A stretch of DNA of 64,000 nt, taken from assembly GCA_973895155.1 (NCBI GenBank), contig OZ316891.1:18687048-18751047 (forward strand), written 5' to 3'. Both the position numbers and the translations under genes were made by a program. This DNA comes from Marsupella aquatica (taxonomy: Eukaryota; Plantae; Marchantiophyta). How positions within the stretch are numbered: the first letter of the stretch is position 1; each line of letters begins with the position of its first letter. Of this stretch, positions 24,773-36,922 are shown piece after piece. A model generated the notes under the pieces. The model was given only the letters and a program-made list of their open reading frames with translations. It had not been told where the DNA came from and did not search any database.

Positions 24773-25249
24773 TCTCCCATTGTTATCAGGTCAGCCATTC
24801 TTAGAAACCATTCTTAGAAATCTATGTCTGTGACCTAGACCAAAACCAACTTTTGGGCCAAATTTAATCTTGAGGGTTTCAGGTTTGAGATGGGTTTCAA
24901 CACTCTCCCCGAGTTATTGACGGTTACCTTTTTGCAGTAATTGTATATTTACGGTCCTCGACTCGGCCTGCAACATTTCCGTCACAAGAAACCTCCTGGA
25001 ATGAGCTGGTTTGAGATACCCTACTGAGGGCCTCCCTTCTAACTTGGTGCAGGCTCCACCTGTGGACCTCCAGTCTCCCTTCGGTGTTGTCCCCATTTTG
25101 CAGGCCACCCTATTGTATGTTGTGTCTTTGAATGGACTTTTTTTTATCCAAAGCAGGCCCATCCAACATAGGATAGTTGTTGTGCTCAGATCCTACAGGG
25201 ACCTAGACCATGAGTGAGAGAGTATTAAACCAGAGCCCCAAAGCAGGCC

Positions 25250-25380
25250 AGACAGGGGCATGAGTAAATAATCAACACTCCCACCACTGGACCATTCACA
25301 CACAAACTGTACACACCCCTTGAGTGTGAAGGGAGGATTGAACTCTGGCTCTAGGGCCGGCCAAGTGACCAAAGCTAGGC
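25250..25380 (-). mobile_element. Diverged tRNA-derived SINE fragment
   Basis: Minus-strand B-box-like GAGTTCAATCC; body similar to 30460-30600 (GAGTA.ATAATCA..ACTC.CA.CCACT). Confidence 0.45.
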
Positions 25381-26426
25381 AAAAAAAAAACAGTCTCTCT
25401 CTGCCTCTTCTCTTCTTCGGACGGTACTAAGGGCCAGGTTCCATGGGCCAGGGGTAGGGAGTACGGACACTCCCTCTGACATTAAGTAGGGCCCAAATAC
25501 ACCATATGCCAAGGTGTATACAGTATTTTAAAAGTATAAATTTTGACTCAGGAGCCAATGAGAATGCCTTGTACTGTTTTTATATAGGGGCAGGGGGTAC
25601 CCCTGAAGTTTAAGAGGGAGTGTGAGGGAAAATCATACTCCTTGATACAGTATTTGTACACCCCTCAGTCCCTGGAAAAGCTGCAATCTTATTGGCTTAA
25701 AAATTCTGACAGCATCCATACTCCTTACTCCCAGCCCCATCCCCATGGAACCTAACCCTAAACGTCTCGACAGGCGTTTCTTGCCTCTTTTCTCTTGTGC
25801 GACGTTTCTATTTGTTTCGACGAAATTCAGCGGCGAAAGGAAGGTGCAAGGCATTCAACGACGAGATCGAATGGAATCGTTCAACTGAAGTCAGGTACGA
25901 TGCTTGCCTTTCACGTTTGCTTCCTTAGACTCTCGACTCTCTACTCTCCGCAATGGACGTCCGCACGGCAAGTACGCAGGCTGTGTGGAGCAGGTGACCG
26001 TTGGCTTGTCTAGGGCGGGGTGATGTAGGGTAAATGCTCACGCTGAGTGATTGAGGACTGGAGGTTTGCGCTCCGGGCCGTCAGGTTGACGCGGTATTGC
26101 ATTAATTTGTTGCCTTCAGAAAGAAAGTGCGATAAAAACTCGATAGATTTTATGAAAGCATGATTCCGGGATAGAGCTTGCGTGATCGCTTTTTCGTTGA
26201 AGGCTAATAGTAGGGTTACGGACGTTTTGGAAAGCAGAATGCAGAGTTAGGAGGTGAAGGAGACAGACCGTGCGGATGAAGCTTGTGCGAGTAGGGCGTG
26301 TTTGATCGAAGGGATTGAAGGGGAGCGAAACTTGCTTTGGCTGGCGGAGATTAGGGCTGCAACGAGGAGGAGACTTGATCGATCGATTGATTGGTTGATT
26401 GAATTGTGGCCGCAGTAAGCGAAGAG

Positions 26427-26936
26427 ATGAGCGGGTTCATAGGGAGCGTCGGCAGTTACCTTTTCACTTCCAGCGCCAAGAGAGGGATCGATTCCGTCAG
26501 CACCGATGTCGATTCAGTGGGGACGGCGGTCGGGAACTTCTTCAGCAGAATGAAAGGGAAGACTCAGAAAGCTCTGCCAGATCTCCTTTTTGAGTACGAT
26601 CTTCCACGAGGGCTGTTTCCCAAGAACGCACTGAACTACGAATTTGACGAGACCACCGGCCAGCTCGTCGTCTACCTCCCCTTCGCAAGCGAGGTCGGAT
26701 ACAGAGACCAGTCCATTTTGAGGTTCTCCAAAAAGGTTACCGCCATTCTTAGACCAGGGAGCCTCACGGACATTGAAGGGCTCAAAACAAAGATCATCTT
26801 CTGGGTCAAAGTCACTGTTGTATCCGGGGAAGACAAAGCAGCGAACAAACTCTATTTCCTCACCACCATAAAAAAAACGAGGCCGTTCGACGTCTACAAC
26901 TATCTCCGAGATGGATTCGAAATCGACGCATATTGA
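26427..26936 (+). CDS. DUF538 family protein
   Basis: KMKGKTQKALPDLLFEYDLPRGLFPKN..YEFDE..G.L.VYLP..EVGYRDQSILRF..LTDIEGLKTK; first ATG at 26427. Confidence 0.9.
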   Translation: MSGFIGSVGSYLFTSSAKRGIDSVSTDVDSVGTAVGNFFSRMKGKTQKALPDLLFEYDLPRGLFPKNALNYEFDETTGQLVVYLPFASEVGYRDQSILRFSKKVTAILRPGSLTDIEGLKTKIIFWVKVTVVSGEDKAANKLYFLTTIKKTRPFDVYNYLRDGFEIDAY

Positions 26937-27726
26937 GTTTGAGATGAGCTCAGGGTTGGATCTCACAGCTCTAAATCTTAGAACTAAGGCGCTTTAAATT
27001 TCAAGGTGCTTAAGCAAGATTGAGACAGGACTCAAGATTCCGTTGAGTTCAGTCCGTAGGTTTGTGTGTGTTTGTGCTTCTGAGTGAAATCCCACCCTTC
27101 TTCTATGAGAATGAACTAGACTGAAACAGGCACATTAGTTAAGAATGCTGAGATTGGAACTGTGATTCTCTACAGCTTATTTTAATTCAAACAGTTTACA
27201 GAGTTATGTCTCTCGCCTTCAGCTAACTCCCTTACCACTTTCAGGGCACCTTCGATACATGTGTCGTGTCACCCACTTCTAGAGAAGTATTATTTTTTAT
27301 TTTTTAAATATATTTTAAAAGATGGGCAGAGGCCAGCGATAGAGTAGTTGATTTTACGAGTATATTGGTGCTCCTTCCTTGATCCTGAGACGGCCTGTTT
27401 TGGGTAGCACGAAGGTACTTTTGTTCTTAGCTCAGAATTTGAAGTGATACAGGTCGAACTTTCTACGGTCGCTTCTAGGGTCGGAGTGTCGTGTCATAGC
27501 TTCTGAGGTATATCTGCCCGAGGAAATAGAAATCGGTGGCATTACCTGCGGTTTAAGTGAAGAAGCGAAGCAGACCTTTCAGCATCGGTGTATCCCCAGC
27601 AAGACGTGTGCCACTTGTAAGCATTAACGATTCGGAGTCCGTGATCAGGAGGTGTGAACTCGGGGTCCTGCCTGGAAGGCTTTCGGCAGTAGGTCTTCGC
27701 TGAAGGGTTTCAATTCGGTAGAAATA

Positions 27727-28917
27727 ATGGGAGGTATTGAAGGCAGCAGCACCTGTGGCCACCTGCTGGATCCAAGCACACTCGACCCATTCGCTTTGGA
27801 TGAGCTCAAGAGACGTGGGCCGAAGTATGGTATAACTTTACCGCTGAATTACGCTTCTTCCATACTTTCCCGTTTAGGGGAGAAAGAGCTCGAGAGCTAC
27901 AAGGTATCGTCCCTGGGTTACAATAATCGCATCTACTTTGTGAGAGCCAAATCAGGTGCTGAATATGTGATCAAGATATGCGGGCGGTACTGGAAGAGAG
28001 TCAAGACCGAGACAGAGGTTGTGGGTCTCTTCCTTGCCAGCACACTGTCGTCCGTCCCTGCGCCAAGGATTCTGGCGTGGGATTCTAAGGGAGAGGAATT
28101 CGGTGTGGAATACACCGTGATGAGGAAGCTCGAAGGCGTACGACTAGAGGATGTGTGGAATGATATGTCCTTCGACAAGAGGTGGAGTGTAGTGGGCCAG
28201 CTTGCTGAACTTGTTGTCTCGTACAGGTCTCAGACGGGACGCTTAGCAGCCTCTATGCCGGAAGGCAAGATTGGCAATTTCGTGATTCGCGGAGGAGATG
28301 GATGCCGATTAGGGGAGATGGAGTCTGTGGATTTTGAAGTTGGACCTACTTTGGAAGGGCTGGGGCCATGGTCGAGCTATACAGCTTATCTGAAATCGCA
28401 ACTTGAAGTGAAAATTGAGAGTGTGCGGAAAGATCCGAGGATGGAAGCTATGAAGGTCTTGCTGCCGATAGTGGAGGCTCTCTTGGAAACTCTGGATACA
28501 GGGGAAGAGATCCCAGATTCGCGGCAGTTCGTATTCACTCATGGGGACCTCAATATTCAAAACCTGCTTATCACTTTCATCGACGATCTTCCCAAGATCA
28601 CTGCTGTATTGGATTGGGAGTGGTCAGGTATGTTCCCAGCAGAAGAGGAGTTTTTTTGCTCGTTTGAATTCATTCTCGACAATTCAGGAGACGGCACCAA
28701 CGAGCGTGACCAACTGCAAGCGCACTTTTTTGACATCCTCGAAGATGGAGGTGCAGACACACCTCGCACTCTGCCGTACTACTGGCAGCGTAAGTACCTC
28801 TATGATCTGAGAGAAAACCTCTTCCCATGGCACATTCGAGATTGCGACGATGTTGACAAAACTATCGAGCAGGCTGTAGTAGACGTGCAGCAACTCCTTC
28901 GGAATTTGAGGACTTAG
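27727..28917 (+). CDS. Aminoglycoside phosphotransferase (APH)/choline-kinase-like protein, intronless
   Basis: GYNNRIY, YVIK, VPAPRILAWD, FTHGDLNIQNLLI, ITAVLDWEWSG. Confidence 0.88.
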   Translation: MGGIEGSSTCGHLLDPSTLDPFALDELKRRGPKYGITLPLNYASSILSRLGEKELESYKVSSLGYNNRIYFVRAKSGAEYVIKICGRYWKRVKTETEVVGLFLASTLSSVPAPRILAWDSKGEEFGVEYTVMRKLEGVRLEDVWNDMSFDKRWSVVGQLAELVVSYRSQTGRLAASMPEGKIGNFVIRGGDGCRLGEMESVDFEVGPTLEGLGPWSSYTAYLKSQLEVKIESVRKDPRMEAMKVLLPIVEALLETLDTGEEIPDSRQFVFTHGDLNIQNLLITFIDDLPKITAVLDWEWSGMFPAEEEFFCSFEFILDNSGDGTNERDQLQAHFFDILEDGGADTPRTLPYYWQRKYLYDLRENLFPWHIRDCDDVDKTIEQAVVDVQQLLRNLRT

Positions 28918-30238
28918 TGTACTCTCGAGCATTACGACACTTAGTGTACTCTCGAGCATTACGAGCATGTACGAAATAATGGGAGGTGCATGTTTAAACA
29001 GGTGTAAGGTGGGAAGGTTTGGTGGCAGTGGGACTTTGGAACCTTACACCGTGGGAAATGGTTCGAGAATACATAGGAACTTTCAGGCCAGGAGATGTCT
29101 TCACTTGTACACCTAATACCCGGACATTTGTATTCAAGCAATGCTCAAAAGGACTCCCCACTGGGTAAGAATGTACCCCTGGGGACATCTGGATTGGGCG
29201 ATCCATTTGGCCCGGTTCCCTCGACGACTTTCGAAACTGATAGCAGCTATTAATGCAATGTGTTTAGATTCTTCGACTCGCAAGGGCTCGAGCATTTTCA
29301 CCTGCCCGGTGGCTTTGAATACCAGCGTGCACACAACCACATTGCTTCTGGTTAACCGGATTGATTTTGCGCTCGATTATTGATCGCATTCAGTCAGAAA
29401 GAATTTCGGGCAAAATTTTCCTGCTCGGCTCGCCTTTTCGATAAGAAAGATACTTTTTCGAAAATCAAGAGTGCCAATTCGTTTCGAAGGTGTCATTCTC
29501 TCCAGGAAACTTGTTTTCTCGGCTCGTTCTTTCGATAGAAAGATACTCGTTCGAAAATGTAGAGTGCCAATTTGCTTGAAGGTGTTATTCTCTCCAGGAA
29601 AATAACTCGATAAAAAACTTACAGCAGCCTGTTGAAACTGTGTGGCGAATATGTGGAAGTGAATTGGATGGAGGCTGTCATGATTACTGGCATCATTCTC
29701 TCTAACAATCATGTTGTCAGATTTTTTCTCTTTAACCAAAGCAGACACTTGCTCCTTGACTCCGACTCCTTCCAAGGATCATCCATTGCCACAGAAGGAA
29801 ATCAATCATTGTGACGTCTGTCTCTGAGGCTTGTGACTTCTCTACAACATCCAATGTCCCTCTCACTGAAACGAGCTTGAGCTTAGCTTTCGGAGGGATT
29901 TGTCATACTTGTGGACGGATATCATTCTCAGAAACATCCTCGGGTATTATTCATTCCCCGGAGAAAAAGAGCAATGCGAACACGATCTTGGATTGGATGC
30001 TCAATACCCAAACCTGTATCCAAGATGCTCAATACCCAAACCTGTGTTTCTCAATTATCCATTATCACGTTGCAAGATGTTGGATCTAACAATATCCAAT
30101 GCTCACTTTCCACGATCTACCGTCTACAGTAGAGTGGACAGCATGACATCGATCTGGACAACATTCTTTTAGCACCTACCGTACTGGACTGCACAAACTG
30201 CCGTAGTTAGCTTGGGTTTGCTATTAAGTGGCTTTGTT

Positions 30239-30607
30239 TTTTTGTTGTTGTCTGAAAGGGAAATGGGGACAAACACTGAGTAGTCTCTCCCCACCCCAAT
30301 AGTGACACATATTCATTGTCGGGAACCCATTTCAGGGTGAGCTATTCATTGTCGGGACTCATTTCAGGGTGAGCCCCCATTTCAGGGTGAGCCCCCATGG
30401 ATCCGACATGACTTGCACCAGGAGAGAGAGAGGATTAAAGTAGGGTCACAAAGTGGACAACAGGGGTGAGTAGATAATCAGAACTCTCATCCACTACCCA
30501 TCCCACCCACACACATATACCCTGTGTGTGGAGGGGCCATTGAACCTAGGACCTGTCAGATTCAGGCTCACCCCCTAGCCAACTGACCTAAGCCAGTTGG
30601 TTGGAAC
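30239..30607 (-). mobile_element. tRNA-derived SINE with A-rich tail and 10-bp TSD
   Basis: Minus strand A-box-like TAGGTCAGTTGG and B-box-like GGTTCAAT; 3' (ACA)n/A tail near 30239-30252; TGGCTTTGTT at 30229-30238 and 30608-30617. Confidence 0.6.
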
Positions 30608-31343
30608 TGGCTTTGTTGTTGTCCTTTGATTTGATAGGCGCATTGAAACAGCCTCAAAGCGAATTGGCCCTCTAAAGTAAAGCCCGGTCAAAGGAATTGG
30701 TGAAGTTGGACATGACTAATAGAGCTTTAGTTAGTGGGTTAAGTCAATACCCACTTAAAGTAAAAAGGCTCATAAGTGTTTTCAGTAAGCGATAGAGCAT
30801 TCCCACCTGTCCAGTTGCGGGGATGCCTGCCTGGGACAACTTTAGCAGAAACCAGTTTTAGATCCCCACCCAGCCCTGCAAAATTTTAATCCTGGAGCCT
30901 GGCTTGCCAGAAGTTGTCTCCCATACCCCGGAACTGGCATCCTTGGGCACACAAGAGGGTTGCCTGCCAGTTGGTTGGAACTGGCTTTGTTGTTGTCCTT
31001 TGATTTGATAGGCGCATTGAAACAGCCTCAAAGCGAATTGGCCCTCTAAAGTAAAGCCCGGTCAAAGGAATTGGTGAAGTTGGACATGACTAATAGAGCT
31101 TTAGTTAGTGGGTTAAGTCAATACCCACTTAAAGTAAAAAGGCTCATAAGTGTTTTCAGTAAGCGATAGAGCATTCCCACCTGTCCAGTTGCGGGGATGC
31201 CTGCCTGGGACAACTTTAGCAGAAACCAGTTTTAGATCCCCACCCAGCCCTGCAAAATTTTAATCCTGGAGCCTGGCTTGCCAGAAGTTGTCTCCCATAC
31301 CCCGGAACTGGCATCCTTGGGCACACAAGAGGGTTGCCTGCCA
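30592..31343. repeat. Apparently perfect tandem duplication, 2 x 374 bp, with GCCA microhomology
   Basis: Copies start at 30592 and 30966; GCCA occurs at the start, junction and end. Confidence 0.92.
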
Positions 31344-32689
31344 ACCTGCCAAACAATGTGGAAGGCACAGACCGACCCATTGCAAAAGACCTGGACAGAG
31401 GCCTGGATGACAACAGCATGAATGGAATAAACAGAAGACCATCAGAGTACATTCCACATTGCACATGATTGGTGCATAAGCAAGACGGTATACGCACCAG
31501 TAATCGCAATTTACTCGGATTTTCGGGCTTACGACTGCAATTATTTTGCTGGCTGATTGAGGCCAAATATGAAAAGTCCCCCATGAATTTGATAATAGTA
31601 AAATGAAAGAACAACACCTGTAGGGCAGGTTCGAAGATTTAAAAATAATATTTATTTATTCCTGCGGCCTTCATTCGCATCATATCGGTGATAATCCTAA
31701 TCAAGTTGGGTGGGGTTGCTGACCACCCTGATGTAGGGTGCAGTTGGCGGTGCAATCTGTCACCAATGAGCCAGTCTGTCATTCAAGCTGCTACTCACAG
31801 ATTTACCGAGTTGTTAGTGGTGCAACAGATGGGAATGCTCTAAAGTGGGAGGGTTCCGTCAACACACAGTTAGAGTGAGGAGTTTTGACGAGGGATGGTA
31901 ATTTTTGAAGGGTGGTCTGGATGCCACTGGAACTCCCTTTTGCTTCAGCCAGAAGCGTTTGAACTTGGCAGAACTAGGGCAGGTGTCAACACAGCTTCAA
32001 GTATAATTAAGTACACCAAAAAAATGTGTAGTGTTCACTTCACATTGAGTACAATCATGTATTTCTGAGTATTAGTGTCATCTCGTTAGTTCACGACAGT
32101 GGGTGACCTTTTGCAAAACATTGCAACTATAAATAGTACATGATTTTTTGAAATTAACCTAAAAACATGTTTTTGGGTACAAGGTTCCTGAGATTGTATG
32201 TGTGTGAAAGCCTGAATGCATGCAGGTCTTTTGTTCACCTAGCCTAGGCAGCCAAATAAAACAGTCAGGTGGCCAGTTAGAGACCCTTCATAGTGCCAAC
32301 TGTGATTTAACACAACAGCGCAAATGCCTTTTCTTCAAAGCAAATGCTCCATAATTATGCTTGTGCTGAGTTTGCTCATGTAACTCTGCCAGCAACTCCA
32401 CTTGATTGCAATGAATTGTGCAAGTTGTCATTCCAAACCAGCTACAGTCCTGCACTCCATGTCATGTACAAGAGACTACATTTAGCTCAAGATAAGTGTA
32501 AACCTAACTAATTGTAAGGCATCCCCTTCTTCCCTTTTGGGGGGGGGGGGCTATTAGAGGGCCCATTGCACGTCAAGGCAAGCTTATGAGTTGTCCAAGA
32601 CTGCACTTAAGATGTAGTGCAAACCCTAGTTGAGTGCACTTTGGATCCTACTTTTGGGAGAGTGTGCACTTAGTTAGCTAGAACTGGCT

Positions 32690-34330
32690 GTACTAGGCTT
32701 GGTTCCCACTCAAGGAACTGAACCTGATAGCGGGAACCCGGGTTCCTGCCATGATTTTTGGCCCTCAATGAAAAGCCTTATTTATTGCTGTTTTGAGTGC
32801 CAAAAAACAGAAGTTATCCACCAAGATTTGAAGAGACTCAGACAAGCACTCAGGTTACTGTGAGTGAGAAGCAGTCAATCAAAACTCCTCAAGATGCTAT
32901 GGGAGCTCGGAAGCCAAGGCATCCAAAGAAAACTGTGCCACCTCTAGCTAGCCAAAATTTGATCATGACATTTTTCCCTGGAGGTTTCATATCAAGGTAT
33001 AGATGTTTAGCCATAATTATGTTTAAATAGGAATTCAGAGAAGGCTTAGTGAGTAATTTCAAAGTTTCAGATTAATTTTGATATACATTCAGAATTAAAA
33101 CTCTGCATTGAAATATAATGCTGCACAGAAATATTGCACCAAACCTTCTTCTTTATTAGCATCAAGAGGATCAATACAACACTCATTGCTTAAATGAAAA
33201 GACTCAGTTCAATCTACTTGAAATGTGCACAAGCTTGCTGTGACTTTGCTCATTCCCACTCCCCCATTGAAGTCCAGGGACATGGTGCCTTGGTGAGCAA
33301 GGCCTCCTGCTCCAGTTCCTTCCATATTAATGTTTGAGGAAAGTTGTCCTTGAGGCAGAAAACACCCCTATTTCTCTTCTGCCGTGATAGATGCTTCAAT
33401 CCAGAAGTATGAAACAATCTGCAACTCCCATTGCATACATGCCCAATCTTCTCCACGAACAGATAATCTGTGAGATATTGTTGGAGAGATCCACTCATAG
33501 TGTGAAGAGATCCACTTGTATTGTTGGAGGGATCCACTGAGAAAATTCTCAGGAAGCTAGGATATGCTTCACAGGAAATAGACCTTTGACAAATGACAAG
33601 TGTCGTATTCGTGTAAACCCAAGGGTAATTGTGTGCAGCATGAACGAATGATCAGGAAATTTCCAAAATTGGTTTGTTCACTTTTATTGGTGATTGAAAC
33701 CTGATTGGATCACTCTTTGAGTTTCTGTTTGGAAGCTAGCTCGTCAATAACAGACCCAGCCTGGTTAGATGGGAGGGTCTCTTGCACACTTCTGCAGTTA
33801 TTCAAAGATCTATGGTGGTCACCAAGCAATGATTGAGGGCAAAGTCTTCCTGTGCATGCATGCCCAAGAAGCTATGGCAGAACCTTGCTGCTGGAGAAGC
33901 TTTGGCTGTAGCCATCTGCTGGAGTTCTGGAGCTCTGCTGATCCAGATCCCCTCTGCTGGGGCTGCTATGGCATTCGTTCTCTTTGGAAATGCTATGGCG
34001 GAGACCCTTTGAAAAATCAGCTGCCAGTCTCCAAGCTCAGACAGTCGAGAGGCAAAATGTCAAGCTTAGAAAATCATCGAGGCAGTTTACTCAGAAAAAC
34101 ATCGAGGCTGAAGCAAAAAAACATGTCAGCAGAAGCCGAGAAAAAACGACAGCCACAATGTGTGCTACTGGAGCTCAAAAACAAACCAAAAGTGCCATTT
34201 TGGATAAAATAGGGTGCCGCCCTCACCCTTTTTGTCCCCCCTCCCCTGTAATTGTTGTGGCTAGCTTCAGGTTCCAATGGGAACTTGGGTTCTGCTAATA
34301 GGTTCAACTGCTGCTGCTTCCTGGCTAGTT
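32690..34330. mobile_element. Possible old DNA-transposon relic (hAT-like)
   Basis: Degenerate inverted similarity between 32711-32750 and 34277-34315 (GGAAC..GGGTTC.GCTA..AGGTTCA); a decayed minus-strand frame contains GLKHLSRQKRNR, loosely like hAT C-termini. Confidence 0.25.
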
Positions 34331-36308
34331 CCTACCACACCAATTTGCACAGATTCAAAGTGTTAGACTGAACTGATGAATGGTGATTTGCTCTCAGCTT
34401 TATAATTATGTTGGTGATTTGTGTATTAGTTGCATGACCAGCTCGCTCAATCGCTCATGGTAAGCTGTTATATTCCACCCCACAGAAAAAGTCATAGCCA
34501 CTTTTGGTCAGAATTGCCTACTTTTTCTTGCTTCCATTGGCTAGATTCCCACCTAGCCACACACCCCTTTAAGCAGATGGTTATCCTTACATGTAGGGGA
34601 GATCTAGTCGTCCATAATGAGAAAAACATTAAATAAAGCTTAGCATCTTGTCCTTCCTCTTCACAAGGTGCATTAGAATTTTATTTTTTCCATAAATTGG
34701 CTATTTTAGTTTCCACCGAGTCAGATTTATCCTTAAATCTTATTAGTGAAGAGCAATGCAAAGCTACTTTCAAGGGCTACAGTCTAGAGTGAAATCTTTA
34801 GACCATATCTTTCAATAGGAAAAAAAAATGAAAAGTGAAGGTGGACGGGAGCAAATATTTAAAAATCTGACATTGACTCTAAATAAGGACAGAACTAAGA
34901 GTGACTCTCACTAAAGACAAATAGAAGTGAGAGTGAAAAAAAGAGGGATGGACGCAATGATGAACAACAACATTGTTTTGCATTTATTTATTTTCTCTTA
35001 TCTCTACTTACATTCAAAGAAACAATGAGATAATCACCTACTCTAGAGAAATCTAACCTAATGTTCATAAAGTAGACAAGGAACATTTTCAGCAACATCG
35101 TTCACGTTCACACGAAAGCTGCAATGGGCCACCCTGGCCAAAAAGTCAAAAACCTTACAAATTTAATTAAGTAAGTCAGAATTTCATTTTTTCCATTCGC
35201 TATAATAGTTCCCACCTACTCACACTTATCCTTAAATCTAGATAAATTGAATCTAATGTTCATAAAGTAGACAAGGAACATTCAAAGCAACTTCCCCTTC
35301 ACAAAAGGTGCAATAGACACCCTGGCAAGAAAGTTCAAAACCCTACAAATTTTATAAGGCACCAATCACAAGCTAGAGTTGGGGCCTAGAGTGAAGACTC
35401 TAGACCATAAGTCCATGATTTATCATGTGGATGAGAAAACTTAATATCAAATGAGAATCATATATATTTTTTGTCATAATTTTTATTTATATTAAAAAAT
35501 GAGTTCTATGATCCCACCATAAATTATATACATAAAAAATAATATGATATGTTATATATAATTATTATAATAATAACATGTATAATAATTTTTTAATTAT
35601 TTCATTAATCTTATATTTTGGTGACATTTTTATTGTCTTTTACACCATTCACATTCCATCTTTCCCTTGGAAAAAGAAGGGGTAATCGAGGCTAGTTAAT
35701 AAATCATGAATTGGACATCACCACTGCTTAAACAATTCCTTTGGAATGACGTTCCAGTGACGTCCAGAGGGTAGAATCGGCGATCTGATCTGAAGGAGGA
35801 CGTGATTGACACGGGTCCCGTTCCCTCAGACGTGTCGGTAGGTCGGGTATCGAGAAGGCAGCTCGATTTCCTCTCCCGGGCTGACAGGTGGACATGCTCG
35901 AATGAGTGCGTGCCTATTGTCCTCCGTCTTCTTTCCACTCAATTGATCGGTGGCGAAAACGCGGCCTTCGTTGCATTCCTGCTCAAGCAAATCGTCTCAC
36001 AGCTCTCGGGACTCGGGGTGCCGTCGGCCGCGTGAAGTGTGGTGAGACTTCTTGTTGCGCACATCATCTCCTCGATGAATTGCTTTTAAGAGTTCCCTCT
36101 GCGTCGTGGCATTGCATTTGCGCTTCCATCGGTTCATTTCTCGACTGGTCTGGATTTCGTTTCGTGTACTTCGGTCTGTATTTCAATCGATTCGATTGGC
36201 TCCATCGTTTCTTCCTTATAGAGCTTGGTGTGGATCCGCATTCGACCTGGTTTGTTTGTCATCTTAGTTGAAGCTAGCTCTCGGCTCCGAAGGAGCGTGT
36301 CCGTCGCT

Positions 36309-36922
36309 ATGGAGAAAGATCAGGATAGAGGTTTCAATTATCCGTATCCCGCCCAAGGTGGTTATCCTCCGCAAGGGTATCCTCCGCAACAACAATATGG
36401 GTATCCTCCTCAAGGTATGTGAAGCTTTCATTCGCGACGGACTTGCGTTGCTGATTGCTTTTGGTGCATGTAAGCTTGCTTGGGCCTTGTTGTTATCCGG
36501 CGTGCATGGGTTGATCGTTGTTGGATCAATGGCGTCATGTGCATATTAGGTCAAGTTGTTTGCATTCCTTCTCGCTCTCATCTTTTATGAAAATTTTCGC
36601 TCGTCGCAGGGTACCCGCCACAACAGCAATTCTATCAGCAGGGGCCTGTGATGGCACCACCTCAATATAATCAGCGGCCCCCTCCCCGACGGGGTTTCCT
36701 CGAGGGATGGTATGTATTTCAATTCCTTTCTTGACCGTCCTTCTCTGTGTTGTGAGCTATGTCTATTTCGGCTTACATCTTGTGGAAGTGATGCTTTTGT
36801 GAAAATTGTTCCATTCGAAACTGACGTTCGCTTAATATTTGCGACTGTGCAGCCTCGCCGCACTCTGCTGCTGTTGCCTTCTGGACGAGTGTTGCTGCGA
36901 TCCTACCATCTTTCTTAATTAA
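36309..36922 (+). CDS. CYSTM (cysteine-rich transmembrane module) protein, 3 coding exons
   Basis: MEKDQDRGFNYPYPAQGGYPPQGYPPQ | GYPPQQQ...RRGFLEG | CLAALCCCCLLDECCCDPTIFLN*. Confidence 0.9.
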
